A DNA stretch of 33,740 nt from Clostridia bacterium (lineage in GTDB: Bacteria > Bacillota > Clostridia > Oscillospirales > CAG-272), in NCBI GenBank assembly GCA_017540285.1, contig JAFYBI010000032.1, forward strand, positions 1 to 33,740. The letters run 5' to 3'. A program made the position numbers and the translations under genes. Position 1 is the first letter of the stretch. Every line of letters begins with the position of its first letter. The notes under the pieces were generated by a model that worked only from the letters and a program-made list of their open reading frames with translations, was not told where the DNA came from and did not search any database. Positions 1 through 7,977 of this stretch are shown in pieces.

Positions 1-1712
1 AACAGCTTCCCCTCTCCGTTGATGAAGGGCGTATCGGAAGCACAATCCCCGGTGATTTTATCCCAAGTCTTCTGCCGGATCGACACGCTGTACCGCATAA
101 CACGCCTGGCCAGATCGGAACCGATCCTCTCCGCGGCTTTCATCCGTTCGTTTACAAGCGCGTACAGCGACGGCGGCAGAAACGCGATCCGAACGCTGTC
201 CTCTCCGAGTCTGGTTTTAGCGGCCACCCATGAATCCTCGTCATCCAGGAACGGAGAGCCGGTTTGGGAAAGCAGAAAATCCTCGGGATCCGGCGGCTTC
301 AGTTCATATGTTCCCGCCTGCGCTGATTTGAATTTGTCACCGTACTGCTGTCGATAGAAGATTTCCGCTTCGTTTTCATTGAGAATCACCTCGGAATAGA
401 CCTGATTGACCAGTTTCGGAATATCCTCCGGTATGGAAATGACCGGATGCCGCGCGAGGATGTCCCTTGTCCGCTTCAAAAAGAGTTCATAATAAATCGC
501 GCCGGACGCGCCGAAATCGTCGCCCTTCGGGACAAGGACAGTCACACTCGGTTTGCGAAGAGCTTCAGGGCGGACGGTATTCTTATGTCTGTACAGACGT
601 CCCAACCGCTGGAGGAGAAGATCGATCGGAGCGAGCTCCGTAATCATGGTGTCAAAATCCAGATCGAGGCTCTGCTCCACCACCTGCGTCGCTACCAGAA
701 TCACCCGGCGCGGTCTGTCGGTATGATCCTTCCCGAACAGGCGGAGACATTCTGTTTCGATTTCCTCTCTCCGCGCGGCGGAAAACCGGGAATGGAAAAG
801 CATGATCGGGCAGTCCGTGCCGCTGTTTTTCAGCAGTCGGTAGATTTCCTGCGCGCGTCCGACCGTGTTGACCAGCAGACACAGACAGCCGCCGTCCCTC
901 GTCTTTTCCAGCGCAAGCTCGACGACTGGCATATTGTCGTCCGGACTGCATGTCAGGCAGGAAACTTCTACGCGGTTGCGCTGTTCGCTTCCCTGTACCG
1001 GGATCTGTTCAATCCTGCCGTCCGGATATACGGACGTGATCAGAGGATATCCTTCCGTCAATTCGGTTTTCTTCCCGGGTTCGCGGTATACCTCTAAAAA
1101 CGCGCTCTTCTTCTCTGCCGGAAGCGTCGCCGAGAGCATCACGACAGGGATCCGCAGAACGCGGCACCATTCAAGAAGCCGCACAAGGATATTCGACATA
1201 TAGGCGTCGTACGCGTGAACTTCGTCGATCACCAGAACCTTGTTCGCCAGGCCGAGAAGCCGAAGCACGCCATATTTGATGTGCAGAACCGCCATCAGCG
1301 CCTGATCGACCGTACCGACTGCCCAGGGAGAGAGAAGAGCCCGCTTGCCCGGCTTCAGCCAGTTTTCAAGGCCGTCCGAGGAATCCGAGCCTTCGCTCTG
1401 ACGCAGTTCTCTGTCATCGTCTTCTTTCAGCCATGCCATGCCGTGCATCAAACGTGCTCCGGGGATCCCGTGTTCCTGCAGAAAAGCATTGACCCGGTCA
1501 TACATCTGATTTGAGGTGGCGGCAGTCGGCATCGCGACATACACGCCGGTTTTCCGCCAGAATCGAGCCATCTTCACTGCCGCGAACAATCCGGCTTCCG
1601 TTTTCCCCTCTCCCATCGGCGCTTCGAGAATGGTCAGAAAGGGCATTTCGTCCTGTTTCCGAAACTTGTTTTCCATGGCTTTTTGCAGAGGACGCAGCGA
1701 GTCTTCCGTCAT
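1..1712 (-). CDS. cas3: CRISPR-associated Cas3 helicase part (Cas3', SF2 DEAH-type), 3' end cut by window edge
   Basis: Minus-strand frame opens at ATG 1712..1710 and runs off the left edge with no stop, so it is missing from the ORF track. My translation shows LEAPMGEGKTEA (Walker A), AVGTVDQAL, VIDEVHAYD (motif II), VMLSATLP (motif III), LVNTVGRAQEIY, FHSRFSAARREEIE and VATQVVEQSLDLDFD..ELAPIDLLLQRLGRLYRH. This is the canonical Cas3 helicase motif series. Confidence 0.85.
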   Translation of the reverse strand, partial: MTEDSLRPLQKAMENKFRKQDEMPFLTILEAPMGEGKTEAGLFAAVKMARFWRKTGVYVAMPTAATSNQMYDRVNAFLQEHGIPGARLMHGMAWLKEDDDRELRQSEGSDSSDGLENWLKPGKRALLSPWAVGTVDQALMAVLHIKYGVLRLLGLANKVLVIDEVHAYDAYMSNILVRLLEWCRVLRIPVVMLSATLPAEKKSAFLEVYREPGKKTELTEGYPLITSVYPDGRIEQIPVQGSEQRNRVEVSCLTCSPDDNMPVVELALEKTRDGGCLCLLVNTVGRAQEIYRLLKNSGTDCPIMLFHSRFSAARREEIETECLRLFGKDHTDRPRRVILVATQVVEQSLDLDFDTMITELAPIDLLLQRLGRLYRHKNTVRPEALRKPSVTVLVPKGDDFGASGAIYYELFLKRTRDILARHPVISIPEDIPKLVNQVYSEVILNENEAEIFYRQQYGDKFKSAQAGTYELKPPDPEDFLLSQTGSPFLDDEDSWVAAKTRLGEDSVRIAFLPPSLYALVNERMKAAERIGSDLARRVMRYSVSIRQKTWDKITGDCASDTPFINGEGKL

Positions 1713-2474
1713 TCATGACCAGAAATCCGTCATGCTTTCTCCCGTGACGGACGGGCACTTATCCAGTCCGATCTTCTGAAGAAAAGCGCGGATTTGTTCC
1801 GTTAGAGCGTCTTCGGGGATTGGTTCCGCGTTACCGGCGAACGGAGAGGATGAGGCGATCCAGTCCGTCAGGATCAGAAGCGCGGTCATCGTCGTACACG
1901 CGGCGTCCACATGTTTGAGCTGATCGAAACACATCACCGGAGGGGTAAAACGGTCGCGAATCCTTTTCTCGATCGTATCCTGAACCTGTACCCAGTCAGG
2001 ATAAGCGCTTGTCAGAGCAGGGACGACATATCCGCCTTTTTTCCCCTGATGATGGAGCTGCAGGATCTGGGAAAAGCAGATTCGCAGATCCGTATCGAAC
2101 AAACCTTCTCTTTTCCATATTCTTTTAACGATTTCCGCACTCCCTCTCTCATGACGGTACGTATTTTCTGGTATCCATACGGAGAGTTCGGGGTGTTTTT
2201 CCAAAAACACCTGTACAAAGCCGACGAGTTTATTGAAAGCAAAATACGGGAACGCCTTTCCTTCGTCATGCATCCCGGCAAGATACTGCGCCAGACGAAT
2301 CGTGTCCTCCTCCGACAAGCCCAGCCACTCCGCCAGATCCGGCAGCAGGTTTGAAAAAACGCTGTTTGTCAGCAAGATCTTGATGACGATCGCCGCCTCA
2401 TACAGGTGGCACTCCAGCGATTTCCGCGGCTCGCTCTTTGACCAGACAAAACGATCAAGTTCACTATTCACCAT
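1713..2474 (-). CDS. cas3: Cas3 HD-nuclease domain protein (Cas3''), separate ORF
   Basis: ORF 1713..2513. SLECHLYEAAIV, AGMHDEGK and LQLHHQGK fit the HD phosphohydrolase motifs of the Cas3 N-terminal domain. It ends at TGA (1715..1713), directly followed in the same frame by the helicase ATG. Start set at ATG 2474 (GGAGAG a few nt upstream). ATG 2486 and GTG 2513 are alternatives. All three overlap the 3' end of the WYL gene. Confidence 0.75.
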   Translation of the reverse strand: MVNSELDRFVWSKSEPRKSLECHLYEAAIVIKILLTNSVFSNLLPDLAEWLGLSEEDTIRLAQYLAGMHDEGKAFPYFAFNKLVGFVQVFLEKHPELSVWIPENTYRHERGSAEIVKRIWKREGLFDTDLRICFSQILQLHHQGKKGGYVVPALTSAYPDWVQVQDTIEKRIRDRFTPPVMCFDQLKHVDAACTTMTALLILTDWIASSSPFAGNAEPIPEDALTEQIRAFLQKIGLDKCPSVTGESMTDFWS

Positions 2475-3480
2475 CAGACTCTCCATCACACTTTGATTCC
2501 GTAATCTTTTCACAAGCAGCCCTCAGCATTTCGGAATAGGCTGTCTTACTCTGTTCCGGCGCCATGATCCGCACCCGTCCGCCAAACCCGAACACCCAGC
2601 TGTAAAACACATGGTTGACGGCGATCTCAACTTCGATGACGAACTCCGTTTCCCGGTTCTCCGTGACCTTCACGTCCGTCCCGAAGCGGTCGATCATGGC
2701 GTCCATGAGGTCGTTGTCGCAGGACAGCGTAACGGTCTCCCGTTCCGTGCTGTACATCCGGAACATCGTCCCGACATAATCGGAAGGGGAGAAGTCCTCC
2801 GGCGGCGGGACGGCATCCTCGTCCAGGATTTCCGGTGTCCGATATATTCGCTCAATCCGATAACTGCCCATCCCGCCGTGCGTGTCGCACCATCCGATCA
2901 TGTAGTAAAAGTCCCCATTCCAGACCAGGGAGCAGGGGCTGAACACATACGGCTCCCCGTCCCGTTTCAGCTGTTTGTTTTTGCAGGCGTCGTACTGATA
3001 GTACTGAAAGCGGATCTTCTTTTGGAGCCGGATCGCGCGGGACACGGTGTCGGCGATGTAGTATATCTGCTCGTTTTCCGGCTTCCGGTCCGGCGTCGTG
3101 ACGAAATGATGCCGAAGTTGGTCCGCGCCGCCGACGCTGGCGAGTGTCAGCAGCTTATCCGTCAGGGCCTTGCTCTTTTTCTCCGTCACAAAGCGGGAGG
3201 ATCCCACGGCGTCGATCAGAAGCTGCAGCTCGGGAAGCTCGAAGAGGCGGTGGGAGACATAGTACCGGTTCTGAGTCGAGCGCACCGTTTCAATACACAT
3301 CCCGACTTCTGTCAGAAAGCGGATGTCCTCATGGATCGTCCGCGCGTCGGAGGACAGACCGTATTTTTCATTGAGAATCCGGTTTATCTGTGCTGCCGAA
3401 AGCATGTGCGTTTCGTCCGTCTGTTCATACAGCAGCTCCGCGATGCGCCAGAGCCGTTGTTTTCCGGGATTTTTGACCAT
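2464..3480 (-). CDS. WYL-domain transcriptional regulator (N-terminal HTH, central WYL, C-terminal extension)
   Basis: 338-aa ORF. The N-terminus RLWRIAELLYEQTDETHMLSAAQINRILNEKYGLSSDARTIHEDIRFL is a DeoR/HTH_11-like wHTH. The centre IRFQYYQYD...PYVFSPCSLVWNGDFYYMIGWC...YRIERI is a typical WYL core. GGGAGGA RBS lies 5 nt before ATG 3480. Sits immediately upstream of cas3. Confidence 0.8.
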   Translation of the reverse strand: MVKNPGKQRLWRIAELLYEQTDETHMLSAAQINRILNEKYGLSSDARTIHEDIRFLTEVGMCIETVRSTQNRYYVSHRLFELPELQLLIDAVGSSRFVTEKKSKALTDKLLTLASVGGADQLRHHFVTTPDRKPENEQIYYIADTVSRAIRLQKKIRFQYYQYDACKNKQLKRDGEPYVFSPCSLVWNGDFYYMIGWCDTHGGMGSYRIERIYRTPEILDEDAVPPPEDFSPSDYVGTMFRMYSTERETVTLSCDNDLMDAMIDRFGTDVKVTENRETEFVIEVEIAVNHVFYSWVFGFGGRVRIMAPEQSKTAYSEMLRAACEKITESKCDGESDGE

Positions 3481-3506
3481 ATCCGTCCTCCCTGTTTTTT
3501 GCCCAT

Positions 3507-3535
3507 ATTATACCATTGCTGTCATGGAATGTCAA
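3507..3535 (-). promoter_or_regulatory. Consensus sigma-A type promoter for the WYL-cas3 transcription unit
   Basis: Minus strand reads TTGACA (3535..3530), exactly 17 nt, then TATAAT (3512..3507), about 25 nt upstream of the WYL start codon. Confidence 0.6.
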
Positions 3536-3686
3536 TCAAGATTATCGCTCCGAAGAGGAGGATGACATTTTTTTGTCGACCTCCCGGATCCGCAAAGAAA
3601 TATCAGAGAAAGTGTGCACGCCCAAACCATTTCCGTAAACTTTACCGAAAATTTACGCCTTCCGTGCTTTCTTTTCTGAAATCTTG

Positions 3687-3715
3687 TTGATTTTTCCCGC
3701 GCGATGCGCTACAAT
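3687..3715 (+). promoter_or_regulatory. Sigma-A type promoter for the 3744..5389 gene pair
   Basis: TTGATT (3687..3692), 17 nt, TACAAT (3710..3715), in an AT-richer intergenic patch. It lies downstream of the TTG at 3684, which argues for ATG 3744 as the real start. Confidence 0.5.
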
Positions 3716-3743
3716 ATCCTCGTATATCCCTGACTTTTCCCGA

Positions 3744-4670
3744 ATGAGGATGACCATGCGCCAGAAAATCCGCCGTATCCTTGCTTTCGTGATCGCCGCC
3801 GTCCTGATCCAGGGGCTCGCGCTCCTTTTCTTTACTCCCGCCGGGATCGAACGGCTCCTCTTTCTTCCCCTCCGCCTCCACGCGGAGAAATTCAAACCGG
3901 ACAACAACGCCTACGCCGTCTATTACGACACCCGCACGGACGTCGCCGCAGCCGATCTCATCGTCGTCGGCATCGACACGCACGTTGCGGAGTCCTACGA
4001 CGCCCTCGGGCATTTTTCCCGCTATGTCAAGCAGTACAACGACTTCTCCGCCGTGCTCATGCCCTTCACCCGCGCGCAGATCACCATCACGGGTTCGCTG
4101 ATGAAGCAGACCGACGAGGAGAAGTTCCGTAAGCGCATCCAGTCCCTGAACGAGAGCTACGGTCTCTCCGCCGACTGCTGCGACTATCTCTCCGAGCTCT
4201 TCTATGTCAACACCACCATGTCCGCGGCGAAGAAATTCAACGTCGTCTCCTTCTCGGACGATGCGGAAGGATCGGATACCTCCCGCCCCGCGCAGATCGC
4301 CGAGGCCTACCGCGAGACCGAACGGAGCGCGCTCTGCGTCGTCGATACCGCCTTCCTGAAAGAAGAGGCCGATGAGCTCGCCCGTCTTCTCCCGGACGCG
4401 ACGATTCTCACGATCGGGATGTACTACGACCGCGACACCGTCTCTCCGTGGACGCACGAGGCCGTCACCTTCCCGGATTTCTCCGCCGGGCCCGCCTGCT
4501 TCTTCGTGAAAAACAGCACACTCGGCCGGTATTACCGCTACTACCATTTCGTGACGGATCTCTTCGACGCCGAGCGCGAGGATCCCGTCGACGCCCGCTT
4601 CACCGATTACTTCTTCGTCATCGCGAACGGAACGCCCGCCACCCCCGGCGGAGAACTGGAGACCCCATGA
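3744..4670 (+). CDS. Hypothetical membrane-anchored protein (N-terminal signal-anchor helix, no family recognised)
   Basis: In-frame ATG at 3744 within ORF 3684..4670. The N-terminus MRMTMRQKIRRILAFVIAAVLIQGLALLFF is a basic stretch plus a hydrophobic helix. The stop overlaps the next start (ATGA at 4667..4670). Confidence 0.6.
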   Translation: MRMTMRQKIRRILAFVIAAVLIQGLALLFFTPAGIERLLFLPLRLHAEKFKPDNNAYAVYYDTRTDVAAADLIVVGIDTHVAESYDALGHFSRYVKQYNDFSAVLMPFTRAQITITGSLMKQTDEEKFRKRIQSLNESYGLSADCCDYLSELFYVNTTMSAAKKFNVVSFSDDAEGSDTSRPAQIAEAYRETERSALCVVDTAFLKEEADELARLLPDATILTIGMYYDRDTVSPWTHEAVTFPDFSAGPACFFVKNSTLGRYYRYYHFVTDLFDAEREDPVDARFTDYFFVIANGTPATPGGELETP

Positions 4671-5389
4671 TCGTTCTGGAAAACCGTGAATTCGAAGCAT
4701 CCGTTTTCGCGAAGGACTGTCCGCTTGCCGTTCCCGTCGAGATCACCGCGGAGGAGGGCGGCGGACTCACGCTGCTCGTCTATTCCTTCTGCGTGGGGAT
4801 CGCGCGGGAATTCGAAGAGCGATTCTCCGCCGATCCGCTCAGGGACGCGGCGATCGGCTGGCTGCGGGACGAGCTGAGCGGGAAGATGCTCTCCCTCGGC
4901 TACGACGAGTGCGATATTGAGAGCTATCCGCTGTACGATTACCGCCCCGACCGGCTCGATGGGGACGCCGTCCTCCCGGGCTGCGAGATCATCGCGACCC
5001 TCGACGGCGAGAAATGGGAGGACTTGCCCCTCGACGAGTTTGTCCTCGATCCCGCCGATCCCGCCGACCGGATGGCGGTGATCCGCGAGGACGGAAGGAT
5101 CGTCTGCTATGCCGGGATCAACGACATTTCCGAAGAGGACGGGTGCTGCGAGCTGACGGTCGAATGCGAAGAGGCATGGCGCCGCCGCGGATACGGCGCA
5201 TCCTGCACGGTCCTGCTCGCCGATCATCTTCTGCGCCTCGGCAGGTCCGTCCAGTATGTCACCTCGCACCTCAACGAGCCGTCGGTGAAGTGCGCCGAAC
5301 GCGCCGGTTTCGTCCGCCGCAGATCCGTATTTCCCTTTGTCTTCCGCAAATCCGGCGTCGACGACGGCGAATTCTTTGACTTTACCTGA
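4667..5389 (+). CDS. GNAT-family N-acetyltransferase with N-terminal domain of unknown function
   Basis: Internal ATG 4667 of ORF 4448..5389. The upstream part of that ORF is Arg-rich junk overlapping the previous gene. The C-terminal VECEEAWRRRGYGASCTVLLADHLL...VKCAERAGF matches the GNAT acetyl-CoA binding motif (R-x-x-G-x-G/A). Confidence 0.65.
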   Translation: MIVLENREFEASVFAKDCPLAVPVEITAEEGGGLTLLVYSFCVGIAREFEERFSADPLRDAAIGWLRDELSGKMLSLGYDECDIESYPLYDYRPDRLDGDAVLPGCEIIATLDGEKWEDLPLDEFVLDPADPADRMAVIREDGRIVCYAGINDISEEDGCCELTVECEEAWRRRGYGASCTVLLADHLLRLGRSVQYVTSHLNEPSVKCAERAGFVRRRSVFPFVFRKSGVDDGEFFDFT

Positions 5390-5436
5390 ACGGAATACGG
5401 CCCCCATTCTGAATTCTTTTTCTCAAAAGGTGCTCT

Positions 5437-7200
5437 ATGGCTTACGATGCCGCAATGCTCCGCTTCGTCGTGCACGAGATCAACGAAAAGCTGACGGGCG
5501 GAAAAGTCGATAAAATCTACCAGCCGGGACATGACGAGGCGGTCTTTGTCATCCGCTGCGGAGGCGAGGAACACCGCCTTGACCTCTCCGCGGGCGGGAA
5601 CGGCTCCCGCATGAACCTCACCGCGCTCAGGCCGGAGAATCCCGTCACGCCGCCCATGTTCTGCATGATGCTGCGCAAGCACTTCTCCGGAGCGCGCTTT
5701 GCCGGAGCCGAACAGCTCGGATTCGAACGCGCCGCGCGCCTCACCTTCGATACCCACGACGAGATGGGCTTTTCCACGCAGAAGCATGTCATCGTGGAAC
5801 TGATGGGGCGGTTCTCGAACATCATCATCACGAACGCAGAGGACAAGATCATCGGCGTTCTCAAACCCGTCGATTTCACCACGAGCGAAAAGCGGCAGGT
5901 CCTGACGGGGATGACCTACGAGCTTCCCCCGAAGCAGGACAAGGAGGACCCGCTCTCCGAAAAGGTCGACGAGCGGTTTTTCAAGGCGCTCGCCGCCGCG
6001 GAGGATCCGGACCGGCCGGCCGAGAAATTCATCATGTCGCATTTCGCCGGACTCGCGCCCGTCATCGCCCGGGAGATCGCCTACCGCGCCGCCGGAAAGA
6101 CCGACGCCACCATGCGGGAGGCGTCCCGCGACCTCACGGAACAGTTTTTCCGGATGATCGGACGCATCCGCGGCTTCGACGGCGTCCCCACCGTCGTGAA
6201 GGATGACACGGGCAAGCCCGTCGAATACGCCTTCACGGAACTGCGGCAGTACGGCGGCCGGATGCGCACGGAAACGCTCGATTCCTGGGGCGCGCTCATC
6301 GACACGTATTACGGCGAGCGCAGCCGGGAGGAGAGGCTCCACCGCAAGGCCGGGGACATCTTCCGCCTCCTCACGAACGCCGAAGCCCGCATCACGAAGA
6401 AGATGAACCTCCAGCGGGACGAGCTCGCAGCCTGCGACGACGGCGAGCGGTACAAGCTCTGGGGCGATCTCATCACGGCGAACATCTGGCAGCTCTCCCG
6501 CGGGATGACCGCGTGCACCCTCCCGAACTGGTACGACGAGGCGGGCGGCGAGGTGACGATCCCGCTCGACAAGAGACTCTCCCCGCAGGCGAACGCGCAG
6601 GTCTATTACAAGAAATACAACAAATCGAAGACCGCGCGGGTGCACCTCACCGAACAGCTCGCGGCGGCGGAGGAAGAACTACAATACGTCTACACGGTCC
6701 TCGACGCGCTGAGCCGCGCGGAAGGGGAACGGGAGCTCGGCGAGATCCGGGCGGAGCTCTGGCACAGCGGCTACGCCTCGAAGATGAAGAACTACACCGA
6801 GCACCGCGCCCAGACCCCGACCCTCGCCCGCTACCGCACCACGGACGGCCATACGGTCCTCTGCGGGCGCAACAACGTCTCGAACGATTACCTGACGACG
6901 AAAGCCGCGGCCCGGAGCGACTGGTGGTTCCACGTGAAGAACCAGCCGGGCTCGCACGTCGTACTCGTATGCTTCGAGGGGGAGAGCGATCCCCCGGAAG
7001 CGGCGTTCACCGAGGCGGCCGAGATCGCGGCGTACAATTCGAAGGCGCGGGGCGGGGTGATGATCCCCGTCGACTACACCCGCGTCGCCAAGGTCAAGAA
7101 ACCGGCCGGCGCGAAGCCCGGATTCGTCATCTACACGACGAACTGGACGGCCTACGTCACCCCCGACGAGGACAGGATCCTCGCGATGAAGCAGAAATAA
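5437..7200 (+). CDS. rqcH: Ribosome-quality-control protein RqcH (NFACT / FbpA family)
   Basis: 587 aa. NFACT-N start MAYDAAMLRFVVHEINEKLTGGKVDKIYQP, ELMGRFSNIII, a central coiled-coil region, and C-terminal DWWFHVKNQPGSHVVL (NFACT-R/DUF814). Confidence 0.85.
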   Translation: MAYDAAMLRFVVHEINEKLTGGKVDKIYQPGHDEAVFVIRCGGEEHRLDLSAGGNGSRMNLTALRPENPVTPPMFCMMLRKHFSGARFAGAEQLGFERAARLTFDTHDEMGFSTQKHVIVELMGRFSNIIITNAEDKIIGVLKPVDFTTSEKRQVLTGMTYELPPKQDKEDPLSEKVDERFFKALAAAEDPDRPAEKFIMSHFAGLAPVIAREIAYRAAGKTDATMREASRDLTEQFFRMIGRIRGFDGVPTVVKDDTGKPVEYAFTELRQYGGRMRTETLDSWGALIDTYYGERSREERLHRKAGDIFRLLTNAEARITKKMNLQRDELAACDDGERYKLWGDLITANIWQLSRGMTACTLPNWYDEAGGEVTIPLDKRLSPQANAQVYYKKYNKSKTARVHLTEQLAAAEEELQYVYTVLDALSRAEGERELGEIRAELWHSGYASKMKNYTEHRAQTPTLARYRTTDGHTVLCGRNNVSNDYLTTKAAARSDWWFHVKNQPGSHVVLVCFEGESDPPEAAFTEAAEIAAYNSKARGGVMIPVDYTRVAKVKKPAGAKPGFVIYTTNWTAYVTPDEDRILAMKQK

Positions 7201-7222
7201 ACCCACGCAAAGGAGACGCACC

Positions 7223-7948
7223 ATGGAGAAAAAAGTATTTGCATTTGACCTCGACGGAACGCTCACCGAGCACCGGACCTGGATCACCGACGAAAACCTC
7301 GCCGTCCTCGACGATCTCGCCGGGAGAGGGATCCGCGTCGTCATCGCGGGCGCGGGTCAGACCCGGCGGATCTTCACGCAGATGCGCGAGCACCCGGTGG
7401 ACATCATCGGCAATTACGGTCTCCAGTACGCCGAATACCGCGACGAACGCGGGGACCTCGAGATCCTGCGCGATCTCACGCTCCCCTGCGACCGGGAGTC
7501 CGTCGCCGAGCGTATCGAGCGGCTGCGCGGCGTCATCGGCTTCACGGATTACGTCGGCGGAAGCGTCGAATTCCATCCGTCCGGGTGCGTGACCTTCCCC
7601 CTGCTCGGGACCAAGGCCGACATCGCGGACAAGCTCCTCTTCGATCCCACGCGGGAAAAGAGGCGCGCGGTCTTCTCCGAGGTCGCCGCCGCTTTCCCGG
7701 AATATACGGTCTTCGTCGGAGGCTCCTCCTCCTTCGATATGGCGCCGAAGCCCTACAACAAGGCCTATGCGCTCGACCTTTTCTGCCGCGAAGAGGGCTA
7801 TGAGCACGCCGAGCTGACCTATTTCGGCGACGACTACGGCACGGGCGGAAACGACGAATGCGTCTATCTTTCGGACTTCGATTTCGTCCCGGTCGACAGA
7901 TACATCCGGCTCCCGGAGATTGTCTCCGCCTATCTCGCGTCTCTCTGA
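7223..7948 (+). CDS. HAD-superfamily hydrolase (subfamily IIB-like phosphatase)
   Basis: FAFDLDGTLT (HAD motif I) at the N-terminus, late GDDYGTGGNDE (motif IV), AGGAGA RBS. Confidence 0.75.
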   Translation: MEKKVFAFDLDGTLTEHRTWITDENLAVLDDLAGRGIRVVIAGAGQTRRIFTQMREHPVDIIGNYGLQYAEYRDERGDLEILRDLTLPCDRESVAERIERLRGVIGFTDYVGGSVEFHPSGCVTFPLLGTKADIADKLLFDPTREKRRAVFSEVAAAFPEYTVFVGGSSSFDMAPKPYNKAYALDLFCREEGYEHAELTYFGDDYGTGGNDECVYLSDFDFVPVDRYIRLPEIVSAYLASL

Positions 7949-7977
7949 TCATCTTATCCGACACCGGGGAATGACAC

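Noticed and set aside
1-3700. Expectation of a CRISPR repeat-spacer array near cas3 and the WYL gene
   Set aside because: I found no regularly spaced direct repeats between or around these genes inside the window. Any array and the remaining cas genes must lie left of position 1.
3642-6645. Long minus-strand ORFs 3642..4700 (352 aa), 4607..5407 (266 aa) and 5224..6645 (473 aa)
   Set aside because: They are antisense to the plus-strand hypothetical/GNAT pair and to rqcH (clear NFACT motifs). Their composition is Gly/Arg/Asp/Val-rich without motifs.
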